This document shows positions 35,591 to 36,009 of a stretch of 36,009 nt of DNA, in pieces. The notes beneath the pieces are model-generated. The model did no database searches. It had not been told where the DNA came from and saw nothing but the letters and a program-made list of their open reading frames with translations. The stretch lies in the NCBI RefSeq assembly GCF_001194135.2, contig NC_068992.1, positions 80,759 through 116,767 of the forward strand, in the 5' to 3' direction. The position numbers and the translations under genes were made by a program. Within the stretch, counting starts at the first letter, position 1. Each line of letters starts with the position of its first letter. Source of the DNA: Octopus bimaculoides (lineage: Eukaryota).

Positions 35591-35976
35591 TCTTGCAATG
35601 GACTGGCTTCCTGTTCAGAGGTGTTCTTGGTCACTTATGCACTGTGGAATCTGGGTAACTAGGTGTATGAGTTGCACCATCATCATCATCATCATCATTT
35701 AGCATCCGCTTTCCATGCTGGCATGGGTTGGACAGTTTGTCATAGAGACGACTAGCAGGGAGATGCCCAGACTCCAATTGTCTGTTGTGGTTTCGTTTCT
35801 TCATTTCTTTCAAGCCTTTATAAGTCCTCTGTAGTCAAAGTCCATGTGTCACTGCCATGTAACATAGCTGTACATACACAGGCATCATACAATCTGCTTT
35901 CACTCTGAGGGAGAGGCCCTTAGTTACCAACAAAGCTAGAAGCTTTCTGAACTTTGTCCAGCCTGTTCTTATTCAA

Positions 35977-36009
<33 letters not shown>

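Noticed and set aside
31760-36009. Upstream Kv-beta exons (YWGTSRW and the catalytic Tyr/Lys region)
   Set aside because: Searched by eye and not found; they probably lie beyond position 36009.

Overview
AT-rich, microsatellite- and SINE-dense animal genomic DNA with four N-gaps. The repeat content looks like an octopod cephalopod; this is inferred from recalled repeat families and not checked. The main gene is on the minus strand: the last five coding exons of a voltage-gated K+ channel beta subunit (Kv-beta/KCNAB/Hyperkinetic, aldo-keto reductase fold) at 31758-31638, 30499-30405, 29171-29051, 27906-27818 and 24666-24574. All have GT-AG junctions and consistent phases; the 5' exons were not found and probably lie beyond the window. 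Key observation: the Kv-beta stop is UGA-CUAG, the canonical programmed-readthrough context. It is followed in frame by a 70-codon, ~62% GC, Gly/Ala/Ser-rich extension that ends in CSIQ-stop, a CaaX farnesylation-type motif, and then two more in-frame TAGs. This predicts a readthrough-dependent, prenylated Kv-beta isoform. Also present: a possible three-exon 3' end of an unidentified minus-strand gene (7149-6719), a decayed LINE RT, Tc1 and pogo/Tigger remnants, small MITEs, two long inverted repeats, a ~205-bp local duplication, and same-strand tandem arrays of a tRNA-derived SINE. Nearly all ORFs in the supplied track are microsatellite or repeat artefacts.
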